NCBI GenBank assembly: GCA_964016885.1
Contig: OZ024754.1
Coordinates: 39,742,001 to 39,806,000 of the forward strand
DNA length: 64,000 nucleotides
Direction of reading: 5' to 3'
From: Eledone cirrhosa
Taxonomy: Eukaryota
The notes under the pieces were generated by a model. The model was not told the DNA's origin. It did not search any database and was given only the letters and a program-made list of their open reading frames with translations. Of the stretch, positions 1-12,300 are shown piece by piece (the stretch's first letter is position 1; every line of letters begins with the position of its first letter). The position numbers and the translations under genes are program-made.

Positions 1-957
1 TCCAGTTCATTGTTAAGCTTAGCTCCAGGGTGGAATCAGAGCTGTAAACAATAATCCAACCAGGTGAGAATTAATGTTTTCTTGGGTCAGTATGACGCCT
101 AACTTTGTAGTTATTTTCAGGATACATAACTGTTTATGACAATTCTTAGGTCTCACACTGATTCTCCCTTCATTGAAGCTTCTCTAAATCTATCATAGTT
201 AGTTTGCTAATAACTTGAGGTTTCACATATCAAATTTCACCATACAAAATTTTCTTCTTTTTCTTCTTTATATCTTCAAATTCTTGTTGCATGTCTTTTT
301 TTCACTTCAACCTGACTTTCTATCAAGCTGTGTTGTTTCTCTACCTTTTCTATCAATATTACAGTCACCTCTTCTTCTGAACTAACTTAGCCATAGCCAC
401 CTAAACTCACCCACCACCACCACCACTGATTGCCCCCTCCCCAAGAAAAGACCCTAAATCTACATGCTTCTGGAGCTCCCTGGTTTTCCTTTCAACCTGC
501 AACAATTGAAACCGGATATGTTTACATTCCAGTCTATAAGATTTAAAGTTCCATGTGCACTGACATCATCATTTTAATGTCCATTACCCATGCTGGTGTG
601 GGTTGGATAGATGTGCTGTATAGCTTATTACCATGTCTTGTAATATTTATATTCATCATCATCGTTCAATGTCTATCTTCCATGCTAGCATGGGTTATAT
701 TAAAAGGATCAGTATTGATGTCAATACTCATCCTTTTTTCCATTCAAAGGGTTTTTTTAATCCCAACTAACAGATTAATTTTATCTAGTCAAATACGGTG
801 TAAACACATGTTACTACCTACTTTTAACTTTGTTTTGTTGAAATTTATTTTCTATTCTTATAAATATTTTGACTGTTGAAATTTATAAATTTTATTCTGA
901 TATTTCTATTTTTCTTAATATCTTTCCTTTTTTTTTTGTTTGTAGAAATCTCTTGCT

Positions 958-975
958 ATGGAACTGAGAAGGTGA
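958..975 (+). promoter_or_regulatory. uORF (MELRR*) in the BTBD7 leader
   Basis: gctATGGAACTGAGAAGGTGA lies inside the exon starting at 946 and stops 2 nt before the main ATG. Confidence 0.55.
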
Positions 976-977
976 TC

Positions 978-2106
978 ATGGGTGCCAACGTATCAGCAGA
1001 TCGGCTGCAGCCATCCTCTCGGTCGTCCACATTGACCCGTATGTCACATGGATATGTGATTAATGAGGGAGATGTGGTGGCACGAGAGAAGAAAAAGAAA
1101 GCTTCCAAGTTTGCCACACTAAGGAAAAAGTTGATCAGAGTACGGCGTCACAGTCGAGCGGTTGACTATTCTAAAGCTCTGCGGGAATTAACTTCCAGCT
1201 GGTCTATTCGGGATCTCAGTTGTTTGGTGGAGGAATATGAGGCAGCTGCTATTCTAAAGGAACTTGCCATTGCTGCAAACTTAGCTCGACCATTGGCTAA
1301 CTCCATACGTCAAGATCTCTCTAATCTTTTTGATTATAAATACTGTACAGACGTTGATTTGATATATCGAGGTGCATGTTTTCCAGCTCATCGAGCCCTT
1401 CTTGTTGCCCGTAGTCCATTTTTTCATGATTTATTATCTCAATACCAGGAATATGGGGCACAAGTACCAATTAAATTAAAAACTCCTGGTGTTGATGTAC
1501 CTTTATTCTCTGCTCTTTTACGATATCTATATACTGAGGAATTTATTCTTGAGGGTTCTCAGTTAGAGAACGATGAAATCATCATGCGGCTTACAGATGA
1601 GTTTGGGATGCCAAACCCTCTGGAGCAAGACTTACGTATGATGTTGGACACTGGTAATTACAGCGATGCTACTTTGGTATTTACAACAGGCTCTGAAAGC
1701 CAGGAAAATCTAAGTTCTGAAGCTTCTAGTTCTGGAGATCATTCGTCAAGAAAACATGAACTCAAATGCCATAAAGCAATTCTCGCAGCACGATCTCCTT
1801 TCTTCCGTAACCTTTTATTGCGGCGTGCACGATCAGGTGAGGAGATCACTGAACGGACATTACAGACACCTACACGCATAGTGCTCGATGAATCAGTCAT
1901 TCCAAGGAGATATGCTCGAGTTTTACTGCATGCAATCTATATGGACAGTGTAGATTTATCTTTAATAGTGCGTGGAAGTACCAGTACATGTAGTCTTAGT
2001 GAAGTGCAAGCTATGGTAGCAGGGAGAGGACATATCACCCATGCTGATGAAGCTATGGAAATTTACCAAATAGGACAATTTTTGGATTTTCCCATTCTTT
2101 CACAAG
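978..2106 (+). CDS. BTBD7: BTB/POZ domain-containing protein 7, coding exon 1 (MGANVS N-terminus, basic NLS-like stretch, two BTB domains)
   Basis: Translation MGANVS...KKKKASKFATLRKKL...LVEEYE...YKYCTDVDLIYRGACFPAHRALLVARSPFF...CHKAILAARSPFFRNLL closely follows vertebrate BTBD7. Acceptor tgtag at 941-945, ATG at 978, donor G|GTAAT after 2106 (phase 1). Confidence 0.95.
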
Positions 2107-2355
2107 GTAATTTAATGGCATTTCTATTTTAACAATTAACTCGTCAAATTCCTGGTACGTTCTTTTATTTTATTAGAAATGTTTTCTATTTATAACTATA
2201 GGTTTGAGAATTAGGGTTTATTGCTTTTCAGATAAAATGGGCAGTGTGTGTGTGTGTGTGTGTGTGTTTCTAAAATATGTTTCTAAAGATGCTGTAATTA
2301 CAATAAAAATATAGAATAACTCCAACGATCAGTTTACACCAAAGAAGAAGGATAC

Positions 2356-2905
2356 TTCTCCTCCTCGTACTTATTTCTAAGAGGGCTGTGGGGGTAGAGT
2401 CCTCAAACACTCTTTTCAGTGGGTCCTGTCAGAAGCAGCTGACCCAGCTGGATCCCCAAGCAAGACCAGCCAAGCTCATGGATGTTATCATGGATCCATC
2501 TTGTTCAGGGTCTACCCCTGGGTCTCCTACCAGTCGGTTTTGCCAATAAAATCTGTCCAGTGATTCTTTCCTGAGACATTCTAACCACATGCCCATAGTA
2601 CCAGACCTGTGATCTCTCAATTCAAAGAAGTAGCAGCTCTATCTTGAGTGACTCTCTCTCTCTGATCTCCGAGCTATGCACTCTATCGAGTAACGTAACT
2701 TCAAAGACCCTCCAGAGGAACCTGATTTTTGCTGCTTGTATTCACGATTGTATTCTTATGGTCATTGCTGAAGATTCATGACAATAGATATGGGTTGGCA
2801 CAAATACCAAATTGAAGATAGCAAGTTTATCTTTTACACCTACCCCCCTTCTTCTGATAACCAAATGCTGAAGCTGATGCATTACTGCACCAACTCCTGC
2901 AATTC
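2356..2905 (-). mobile_element. Degenerate RTE-clade LINE 3' fragment
   Basis: Minus-strand KLAIFNLVFVPT..YCHES and downstream LLL.IERSQ..YYGHV.RM...R.P.GRP fit the RTE (Expander/Rex3-like) RT C-terminus, with frameshifts. Confidence 0.75.
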
Positions 2906-4645
2906 TTGCACTTAATTCTAGGATACAAAGTTGTTTATACTTAACTAAAAAACTTTCCATTATATATATATATTACAAACACCAAATTGGTAATGAGAAA
3001 GTTATTTTACATTACTAAATCTCTCTAAATTAAATGTTTATTTTCAAAATTATTAGCAAATTATAAGCTGTGTCTTTCATTAGAAATATGGTGAGGAAAA
3101 GGTTAATGAACTTTGGACCAAAATAGAGGTTGAGATTCTAGAAAATAACTTAGATGATAAACAGGAAGGCACATTGTTTTGTGTAATGTGATTAAAGCAC
3201 TCCTTCTCAATAACCTGCCCTGGGAATCACTACCTTACATTGTAAGAAATTTCTTACTTCCTTTTAAGAACACAACTGCAGAATGTCATCTTAACTGTAA
3301 GTAAACAGTCTCTAATTATCAACTGCAGTCAGTTGTCCATCAGAGAAGACTGTTCAGTGTGTGTGTAGGAAGGGGTTACACTAGTGTAAAAAATATTTCC
3401 ATGTAAGTATATCAGGAATTTATTTTACTTTAATGAATGTTTTCATTGACTTTACCTAGAAGTTTACTTTGACTTAACATTATTATCATAAATTATGTTG
3501 AAGTTTTTCGTGTTATTTTTTGTTGTTGTTGTTTTAACATCACTGGGGACTGATCCATCATTAACCATACTTAAGATAAGATCTTTAAAATCTGAACTAT
3601 TTTCATGCTGCAAGTAACTTTATTAGGATTCATGTTGAAAATTATTTATATCAGTAAACCACACAGTAACTAGGCATGATAACAGTAATGAGACTTCACC
3701 AGGTATCTTTATCATCTCAGTGACCCTATAAAAAGCATTTAATAGATAATGTTACCATCTCCATCTCATGTCCTTTACAAAATATTAGATAGATGTTGTG
3801 TTGCTTCATGGTCCCAGCAGTCAGAATGGGAATGTGTTACCCTAAATGATAGCAAAGGAGATGTGTTGAAAGACCAGCCTAACTCATAGGGCTTGTACTC
3901 GTGGATGGTCATCTCTACTCCATTTGTTATAAGTAGGGAGGTCATTTGGGGACCCAGGATCCAAGACATCAGATGTTTTCAATGATAAATCTATTGGAGA
4001 ACTGCTGGTGTCTTGTTAGTTTGTGATTTTCAGTTGGGTAATGTAGCCTGCATCCGAGTCTAAATTCAGCAGGTTCCTGCTGGAGTGATTAAAAACACCA
4101 TAGAAATATTTCATTTATACTTGCCAATAAGAAATATAGCATTTATGAGTAAAATATTCTGATAGTGGTACAAACTAACCTAAAATAATCAGTTATAATA
4201 GATTTCTAGCTCGATTTAGTGGAATACTGAAAACCTATGTATTCTAGCTTAGCTGTTCCCAATTTGAGCTCCACCAAGGCACTACTGGAAGTCCATGAGC
4301 CAAATTCAAATTAATTTTCAAATATTTTATTATAAAAATAATCTACACATATTATTGGGTACCCATTTTTCTCCAAGTGTAAACATTTCTAACTTTGAAT
4401 TGCTATTATAACTATACCAATCTGGGAAGGGAACAAGTGCAGCAGAAGGTCTGTGGGAAAAGTCATTTAAATAAAAGGGATCCTTGATAGAGATGTCATT
4501 TTTCTTTTTATTTACTGTTTAAACAAGGAAGGAAGGAGGCAGTGCCTATGACCCTTTTCAAGGCCTCATAGAGCTAGAACAGATACTGCAAAATACCCCA
4601 TCCAACTCTTTTAACAATCCCACCAACCTACAGCATCCAAATTGG

Positions 4646-4820
4646 TACTGTATTTCCCAAAGTCAAAGACGCTACTTTTTCCTAAAATAAGTCTAAAAAA
4701 TCTACCATACATTCTGGAGGCCGAAGGTTGTTTATCATATTTTTTTTTTTTAATTTTGGGTTGTCAAAATTAGGGTGCGTCCTCGAGGACAAAGCATCTT
4801 TGGCACTGGGAAATACAGTA
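4646..4820. mobile_element. Tc1/mariner-type MITE (TA-flanked)
   Basis: TA-CTGTATTTCCC...GGGAAATACAG-TA. Second copy at 23496-23650. Confidence 0.85.
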
Positions 4821-4821
4821 T

Positions 4822-5278
4822 TTTGATTTATCAATCCTGAAAAAATGAAAAGCTAAATTGACCTCAACAGGATTTGAACTCAGATCAGAGTGGGCTTGAA
4901 CAACTACAGAGTTATTTAATCTGATGCTCTAACGACCCTGTAAGGATAAGAAGCAAAGCTAACTTCGGCGGGATTTGAACTCAGAATGTAAAGGGCCATA
5001 ACTATGCTGCAAAGCATGGTGTCTGATGCTCTACCGATACTGCCAAACCAATAATAATAATTGGTTCTACTTTAGGCACAAGGCCAGCAATTACCCAGTG
5101 CATTACTGGTACTTTATTTTATCGACCCCGTAAGGATGAAAGGCAAAGTCAACCTAGGCGGGATTTGAACTCAGATCGTAAAGGGACGTAACTATGCTGG
5201 AAAGCATGGCGTCCGACTCTCTACCAATACTGCCAATCCACCGCCAATCCACCGCCAATCCACCGCCAATCCACCGCA
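4822..5278 (-). mobile_element. SINE family 1 cluster, reverse strand
   Basis: GGATTTGAACTC occurs three times. The head 11-mer GCCAATCCACC is reiterated four times at about 5232-5275. Confidence 0.85.
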
Positions 5279-5395
5279 ATAATAATAATAATAATGTGAT
5301 TAGAGAGCATGTAAGCCTGGCAGGGTCAATTCTTCTTCAGCTTATTGATTACAGCCAAAGTTCTTGGCTGTGTTAAAGCCTACACTACAGATTTG

Positions 5396-8009
5396 ACCTA
5401 CTAGATGTGTAATACCACTGTAATGGTTGTGTACTGTAACTTACTAGATGTGTAATACCACTGTAATGGTTGTGTACTGTAACCTACTAGATGTGTAATA
5501 CCACTGTAATGGTTGTGTACTGTAACCTACTAGATGTGTAATACCACTGTAATGGTTGTGTACTATAACCTACTAGATGTGTAATACCACTGTAATGGTT
5601 GTGTACTGTAACTTACTAGATGTGTAATACCACTGTAATGGTTGTGTACTATAACCTACTAGATGTGTAATACCACTGTAATGGTTGTGTACTATAACCT
5701 ACTAGATGTGTAATACCACTGTAATGGTTGTGTACTATAACCTACTAGATGTGTAATACCACTGTAATGGTTGTGTACTGTAACCTACTAGATGTGTAAT
5801 ACCACTGTAATGGTTGTGTACTGTAACCTACTAGATGTGTAATACCACTGTAATGGTTGTGTACTATAACCTACTAGATGTGTAATACCACTGTAATGGT
5901 TGTGTACTATAACCTACTAGATGTGTAATACCACTGTAATGGTTGTGTACTATAACCTACTAGATGTGTAATACCACTGTAATGGTTGTGTACTGTAACC
6001 TACTAGATGTGTAATACCACTGTAATGGTTGTGTACTGTAACCTACTAGATGTGTAATACCACTGTAATGGTTGTGTACTATAACCTACTAGATGTGTAA
6101 TACCACTGTAATGGTTGTGTACTGTAACCTACTAGATGTGTAATACCACTGTAATGGTTGTGTACTATAACCTACTAGATGTGTAATACCACTGTAATGG
6201 TTGTGTACTATAACCTACTAGATGTGTAATACCACTGTAATGGTTGTGTACTGTAACTTACTAGATGTGTAATACTACTGTAATGGTTGTGTACTGTAAC
6301 CTACTAGATGTGTAATACCACTGTAATGGTTGTGTACTGTAACCTACTAGATGTGTAATACCACTGTAATGGTTGTGTACTGTAACTTACTAGATGTGTA
6401 ATACCACTGTAATGGTTGTGTACTATAACCTACTAGATGTGTAATACCACTGTAATGGTTGTGTACTGTAACCTACTAGATGTGTAATACCACTGTAATG
6501 GTTGTGTACTATAACCTACTAGATGTGTAATACCACTGTAATGGTTGTGTACTGTAACCTACTAGATGTGTAATACCACTGTAATGGTTGTGTACTGTAA
6601 CTTACTAGATGTGTAATACCACTGTAATGGTTGTGTACTATAACCTACTAGATGTGTAATACCACTGTAATGGTTGTGTACTATAACCTACTAGATGTGT
6701 AATACCACTGTAATGGTTGTGTACTATAACCTACTAGATGTGTAATACCACTGTAATGGTTGTGTACTGTAACCTACTAGATGTGTAATACCACTGTAAT
6801 GGTTGTGTACTATAACCTACTAGATGTGTAATACCACTGTAATGGTTGTGTACTATAACCTACTAGATGTGTAATACCACTGTAATGGTTGTGTACTGTA
6901 ACTTACTAGATGTGTAATACCACTGTAATGGTTGTGTACTATAACCTACTAGATGTGTAATACCACTGTAATGGTTGTGTACTGTAACCTACTAGATGTG
7001 TAATACCACTGTAATGGTTGTGTACTATAACCTACTAGATGTGTAATACCACTGTAATGGTTGTGTACTGTAACTTACTAGATGTGTAATACCACTGTAA
7101 TGGTTGTGTACTGTAACCTACTAGATGTGTAATACCGCTGTAATGGTTATGTACTGTAACATACTAGATGTGTAATACCTCTGTAATGGTTGTGTACTAT
7201 AACCTACTAGATGTGTAATACCACTGTAATGGTTGTGTACTGTAACCTACTAGATGTGTAATACCACTGTAATGGTTGTGTACTGTAACTTACTAGATGT
7301 GTAATACCACTGTAGTGGTTGTGTACTGTAACCTACTAGATGTGTAATACCTCTGTAATGGTTGTGTACTGTAACCTACTAGATGTGTAATACCACTGTA
7401 ATGGTTGTGTACTGTAACCTACTAGATGTGTAATACCACTGTAATGGTTGTGTACTGTAACCTACTAGATGTGTAATACCACTGTAATGGTTGTGTACTG
7501 TAACCTACTAGATGTGTAATACCACTGTAATGGTTGTGTACTATAACCTACTAGATGTGTAATACCACTGTAATGGTTGTGTACTGTAACTTACTAGATG
7601 TGTAATACCTCTGTAATGGTTGTGTACTGTAACCTACTAGATGTGTAATACCTCTGTAATGGTTGTGTACTATAACCTACTAGATGTGTAATACCACTGT
7701 AATGGTTGTGTACTGTAACCTACTAGATGTGTAATACCACTGTAATGGTTGTGTACTGTAACCTACTAGATGTGTAATACCACTGTAATGGTTGTGTACT
7801 ATAACCTACTAGATGTGTAATACCACTGTAATGGTTGTGTACTGTAACCTACTAGATGTGTAATACCACTGTAATGGTTGTGTCTATAACCTACTAGATG
7901 TGTAATACCACTGTAATGGTTGTGTACTGTAACCTACTAGATGTGTAATACCACTGTAATGGTTGTGTACTATAACCTACTAGATGTGTAATACCACTGT
8001 AATGGTTGT
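5396..8009. repeat. 43-bp minisatellite, about 61 copies
   Basis: Unit ACCTACTAGATGTGTAATACCACTGTAATGGTTGTGTACTRTA, head to tail, in BTBD7 intron 1. Confidence 0.98.
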
Positions 8010-8187
8010 TCTTTTTACTGATTTACCATCACCATCCTGCCCCTCTCTCATTGCTTCCCTCTTTGTTATACCAAATCTCTCACTTCCCCTCTCTATTTTG
8101 TAACTCAAGAGAAGGAGTTTGTATAACATTGGTAGATATGTAGAGAATTGGGGGAAATAGAGAGGGGTAGTGTGAGATTTGGTATAA

Positions 8188-8735
8188 CGTTGGTAGTGGT
8201 GGTGGCGGTGGTGCTGGCAGTGGTGGTGGTGATAGTGGTGATGGCGGTAGTGGTGGTAGCGGTGGTGCTGGTGGTGGTAATGGTGCTGGCGGTGGTGGTG
8301 ATAGTGGTGCTGGTAGTGGCGGTGGTGGTGGCGGTAGTGGTGGTGGCGGTGGTGGCGGTGGTAATGGTGCTGGCGGTGGCGGCGGTGGTGCTGGCGATGG
8401 TGGCGGTGGTGGTGGTGATAGTGGTGGCGGTGGTGGTGGTAGTGGTGGTAGCGGTGGTGGTGGTAGTGGTGGTAATGGTGCTGGCGGTGGTGGTGGTAGT
8501 GGCAGTGATGCTGGCAGTGGTGGTGGTGGTGGTGGTGGTGCTGGCGGTGGTAGTGGTGGCGGTGGCGGCGGTGGTGGTGGTAGTGGTGGTGGTGGCGGTG
8601 GCGGCGGTGGTGGTGGTGGTGGTGGTGGTCGTGGTAGTGATGCTGGCAGTGGTGGTGGTGATGGCGGTGGTGGTGGTAGTGGTGGTGGTGGTAGTGGCAG
8701 TGGCAGTGGTGGTAGTGATGGCGGCGGTGGAGGTG
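8188..8735. repeat. (GGT/GGC)n imperfect trinucleotide repeat
   Basis: Seen directly. It generates the poly-Pro and poly-Val ORFs. Confidence 0.95.
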
Positions 8736-9040
8736 ACAACTACAGGAGAAAACAGCGAATGTATTGTTGTTTACTCCACTGGGATTGAATTTAACTTCAA
8801 AGAATGAAAGAAAGAAAAACTAAATTGTTCCAACAAAACGTCCATTAAATCTAGGTCCACTTGACGAAGAAAGAGGTTAAACTGAAGAGAGGGGTGCGTC
8901 TGGTAGTTAATGGCAACGGTGATAACGATAATGGTGACCATAATTACTTGAAAAAGAAAACAACAATTAATCTAATTATTTTATTGTATTTATTGTATTT
9001 ATTGTATTTATTTATTTATTTGTTTGTTTATTAATTAATG

Positions 9041-9347
9041 TGATGACGATGACGACGGTGATGATATTGATGATGATGATAGTGGTGGCGGTGGTGGTGG
9101 TGGTAGTGGTGACGGTGGTGGGGTGGTGATGGTGGTAGTGATGATGATGATGATGGTGGGGATGACAGTGATGATAGTGGTGATGGCGTTGGTGATTGTA
9201 GTGGTGGTGGTGGTAATGATTACATTGATGGTGGTGGTGGTGGTGGTGGTGGTGGTGGTGGTGGTGGTGGTGGTGATGGTGATGATATGGTGGTGGGGGT
9301 TGACAATGACAGTAATGATAATGTTGGTAAAGGTGGTGGTGATGATG
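9041..9347. repeat. (GAT/GGT)n imperfect microsatellite
   Basis: Seen directly. Confidence 0.9.
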
Positions 9348-12300
9348 CTAAGATTGACAAGACACTATTGGGAATGCTGGAACTTCTACATAGAAACTAT
9401 TCTGATAGGATCTTAATAATAATCTACAAGATTTCAATGTTGCAGATTGCATTTGCAATGAAAGATAAGGATTAATCACATGAAAAAAATCAATACACCA
9501 TATGTCTATAGGATAATGATGGATCCTTCATCAGCTTTGATGATGGACATTCAGTTGTTCAATCCACAGACCATTCTACTTGTTAAATTGATATATAAGT
9601 GGTTGAGTATTCCACAGATAGAGACATATATGATTAACTCTTCTGTCTAATGAAAAACACTGCCTATGGTTTTCAAATGATTTTGAAAATGATCAAGAAA
9701 CTGGAAGGATTTAATAAGATAACTCACTTTCATTTAGGTTGGTGGGTTGGTAGAGTGGTGGACGACATGCTTGCGTCATATAGTCACAACTTTTTATATT
9801 CTGAGTTCAAATCCCGTCAAGTTTAGCTTTGCCTTTCATCCTTACAGTATTGATAAAACAAAGAACCAGTAACCCACTGGGGTCAATTTAATTGACTTTC
9901 TTCTTCCCTTCAAATTGCTGACCTTGTGTGTGCCAAAAGTAGAAACAGTTGTTAAGCTGATATTTGGAACATAGCTTTCAAAGGTTCTTATAAATTTGTA
10001 ATGGAAAGCTTTTAGATAAAATGTAAACACTCTAAAATAAATAAATTTGTCTCATTAAACCAGGGGCAGTTTCAAACGGTTTGGCATGAAACGGGTTAAT
10101 GTAATTCTGACACTGAGTCAACACAACAGAGTATGTGTGACGAGGTTGTCTGTATAGATTAGTTTTTTAAAATATATATTTTTAAACACATCCTGCAACA
10201 ACATCTTTTTTTAGCATGGAGTTTTGTAAGAATGCCAGTTATTGTTTTACAGGCTATCATTTTCATTTGATTGCTTGCTATTTCAAAACATTATAAGCTA
10301 GTACATTGATTACACAATCTCTTATATATATCATTAATTAAAATTTGAAATAGAAAGTATTTCTCAGTTTAACCCTTTAACATTTACATTACTCTATATT
10401 TACTATTATATTTTAGTGGTAAAGGCTTTATCTCACATAATTATCTCGCATATTGAATCTATGAGATTTTGATATTATTTATTTTGAGAACAATACCTTA
10501 ACATCAGTATGAGCAGCCGGTTACAGCTGGTTTGAACAGAAAGAGGTGAGAGAATTCTGTCCGGATATGGCTGGTTTGAATGCTAAAGGGCTAAACCTTT
10601 TGCTATCAAAACACTCAGAACTAACCCTGGTTCTATGATATTACAAAACTGATAATACAAAACTGTTTATTTTAAAGTGTTTACATCTATCTAAAAAAAA
10701 CAAAAATCTTCCATCATAATTTGTGTAAGAACCTTTGTTGTGTTCCAGCCATTAGCTTAATACAAATTCTTGGTTATTAAAAAAAAGAAAATTGCAAATC
10801 ATAGGCAGTGTATTTCATAAAAAATAAGTAAATGGATAGATAACTATTAATTATAGTGCAATACAATATAAATACAAAAATACAATAACTTGTATTTTTG
10901 TGATATAAAAATCTGATAATTTATAGCTAATATCAATTTCTGATATAAGTTCTTACATGTGCAGGTATGGCTGTTAGCTGTGGGTTCAGTCCCATGGCAT
11001 GGTACTTTGAGGAAGTGTCTGCTACTATAGCCATGGGTTAACTTCTCCACTTATTCCTGAGAGGATCGGGGGGGGGGGGGGGGGGGGGGGGGCACAGAGT
11101 CCTCAAACAATCTTTCCAGCAGGTCCTGTTAGAAGCAACCATCTCCTACTGATCTGGATGGATCCCCAAGCGAGACAAAGCCAAGCTCATGGATGTTATC
11201 CTACCATCTTGCTCGGAGTCTACTCCTGGGCCTCTTGCTAGTTGGTTTTGCCCATAAAATCTGTCCTGCGATTCTTTCCTGGGACATTCCCACCACATGC
11301 CCATAATATCGGAACTGTGATTTTTGCTTCAATACAATTTTTACTCTTTTTCATTGTGAATCACTTTATTAGCTCATCAATAAATAGATCTCATTGAAGA
11401 ATGGGTCTCCTTGACAATAATCACCCATCCCTAGCTTCACACTGCTTTCTACCCACAACCAATAAAATATTGATTACAAACTGATGGAAAACAATTTTGT
11501 AAGGTATACATGTCCCCCTTCCTCATCTCTCTCTTTCCCTCTCTCTCATCCCCCTCTCACCTTCACCCCCCCCCTTCTCAATCCTTCTAAAGTACTGCTT
11601 AGTAGCATTAACAGCAGCAGTAGCAGCAGCAGCAGTGTATTTGTTTTTATTTGTGAAATGTAATTGATTATAAAAGTTTCCCCATCTATTCATCTACCTT
11701 ATTATTTTGAAGCATAAAAACATAGTGGAGATGATGATGATGATGATAATAATAATAACAATAACAACAATGGCAATCAATATTTACTTTTCCCACTGGA
11801 AATAGAATAGCGAGTACCAATTTGGTTTGATCTGAATCATTACTGACCTTCCTTCTATATTGCTACCAGCCCTTCCTCTCCTATAGAACTTCCTAGTAAA
11901 GTTGAACTACAACTATAGATTTTCAATAAAACATACTCTTGTCAACAATAGTATCCACTACACTACATTTACTACTTCATCAGCATCATTTTTGTTCTTC
12001 ATTTATAAATAAAACTCGTGACTTCTAATAAAACTAGTAATAAAATTACTACTTACTAATGAAACTAGCATTTTAAAAATAATCAAGAATTTAGAGCTGT
12101 TTAGTAAGACAACTGCTTTAGAAACATAACTTAAACAAATGTTCTTAAATAAAATTATGATGGAAGGTTTCTAAATGAATATAAACACTTTAAAATAAAT
12201 AAAAACGACTTTGTATCCTGAAACGAGGGGCAGTTTCAGGTGGTGTGGTATCAAAACTAGCATTTTAAAAATGATCAAGAATTTAGAGCTGTTTAGTAAC

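Noticed and set aside
553-977. 108-aa ORF and the hydrophobic signal-like extension of the 418-aa ORF
   Set aside because: Mostly intronic sequence and polypyrimidine tract. The homology-supported start is ATG 978.
8080-8807. Poly-Pro (formin/extensin-like) and poly-Val ORFs
   Set aside because: They are translations of a GGN microsatellite in an intron, with no domain or exon support.
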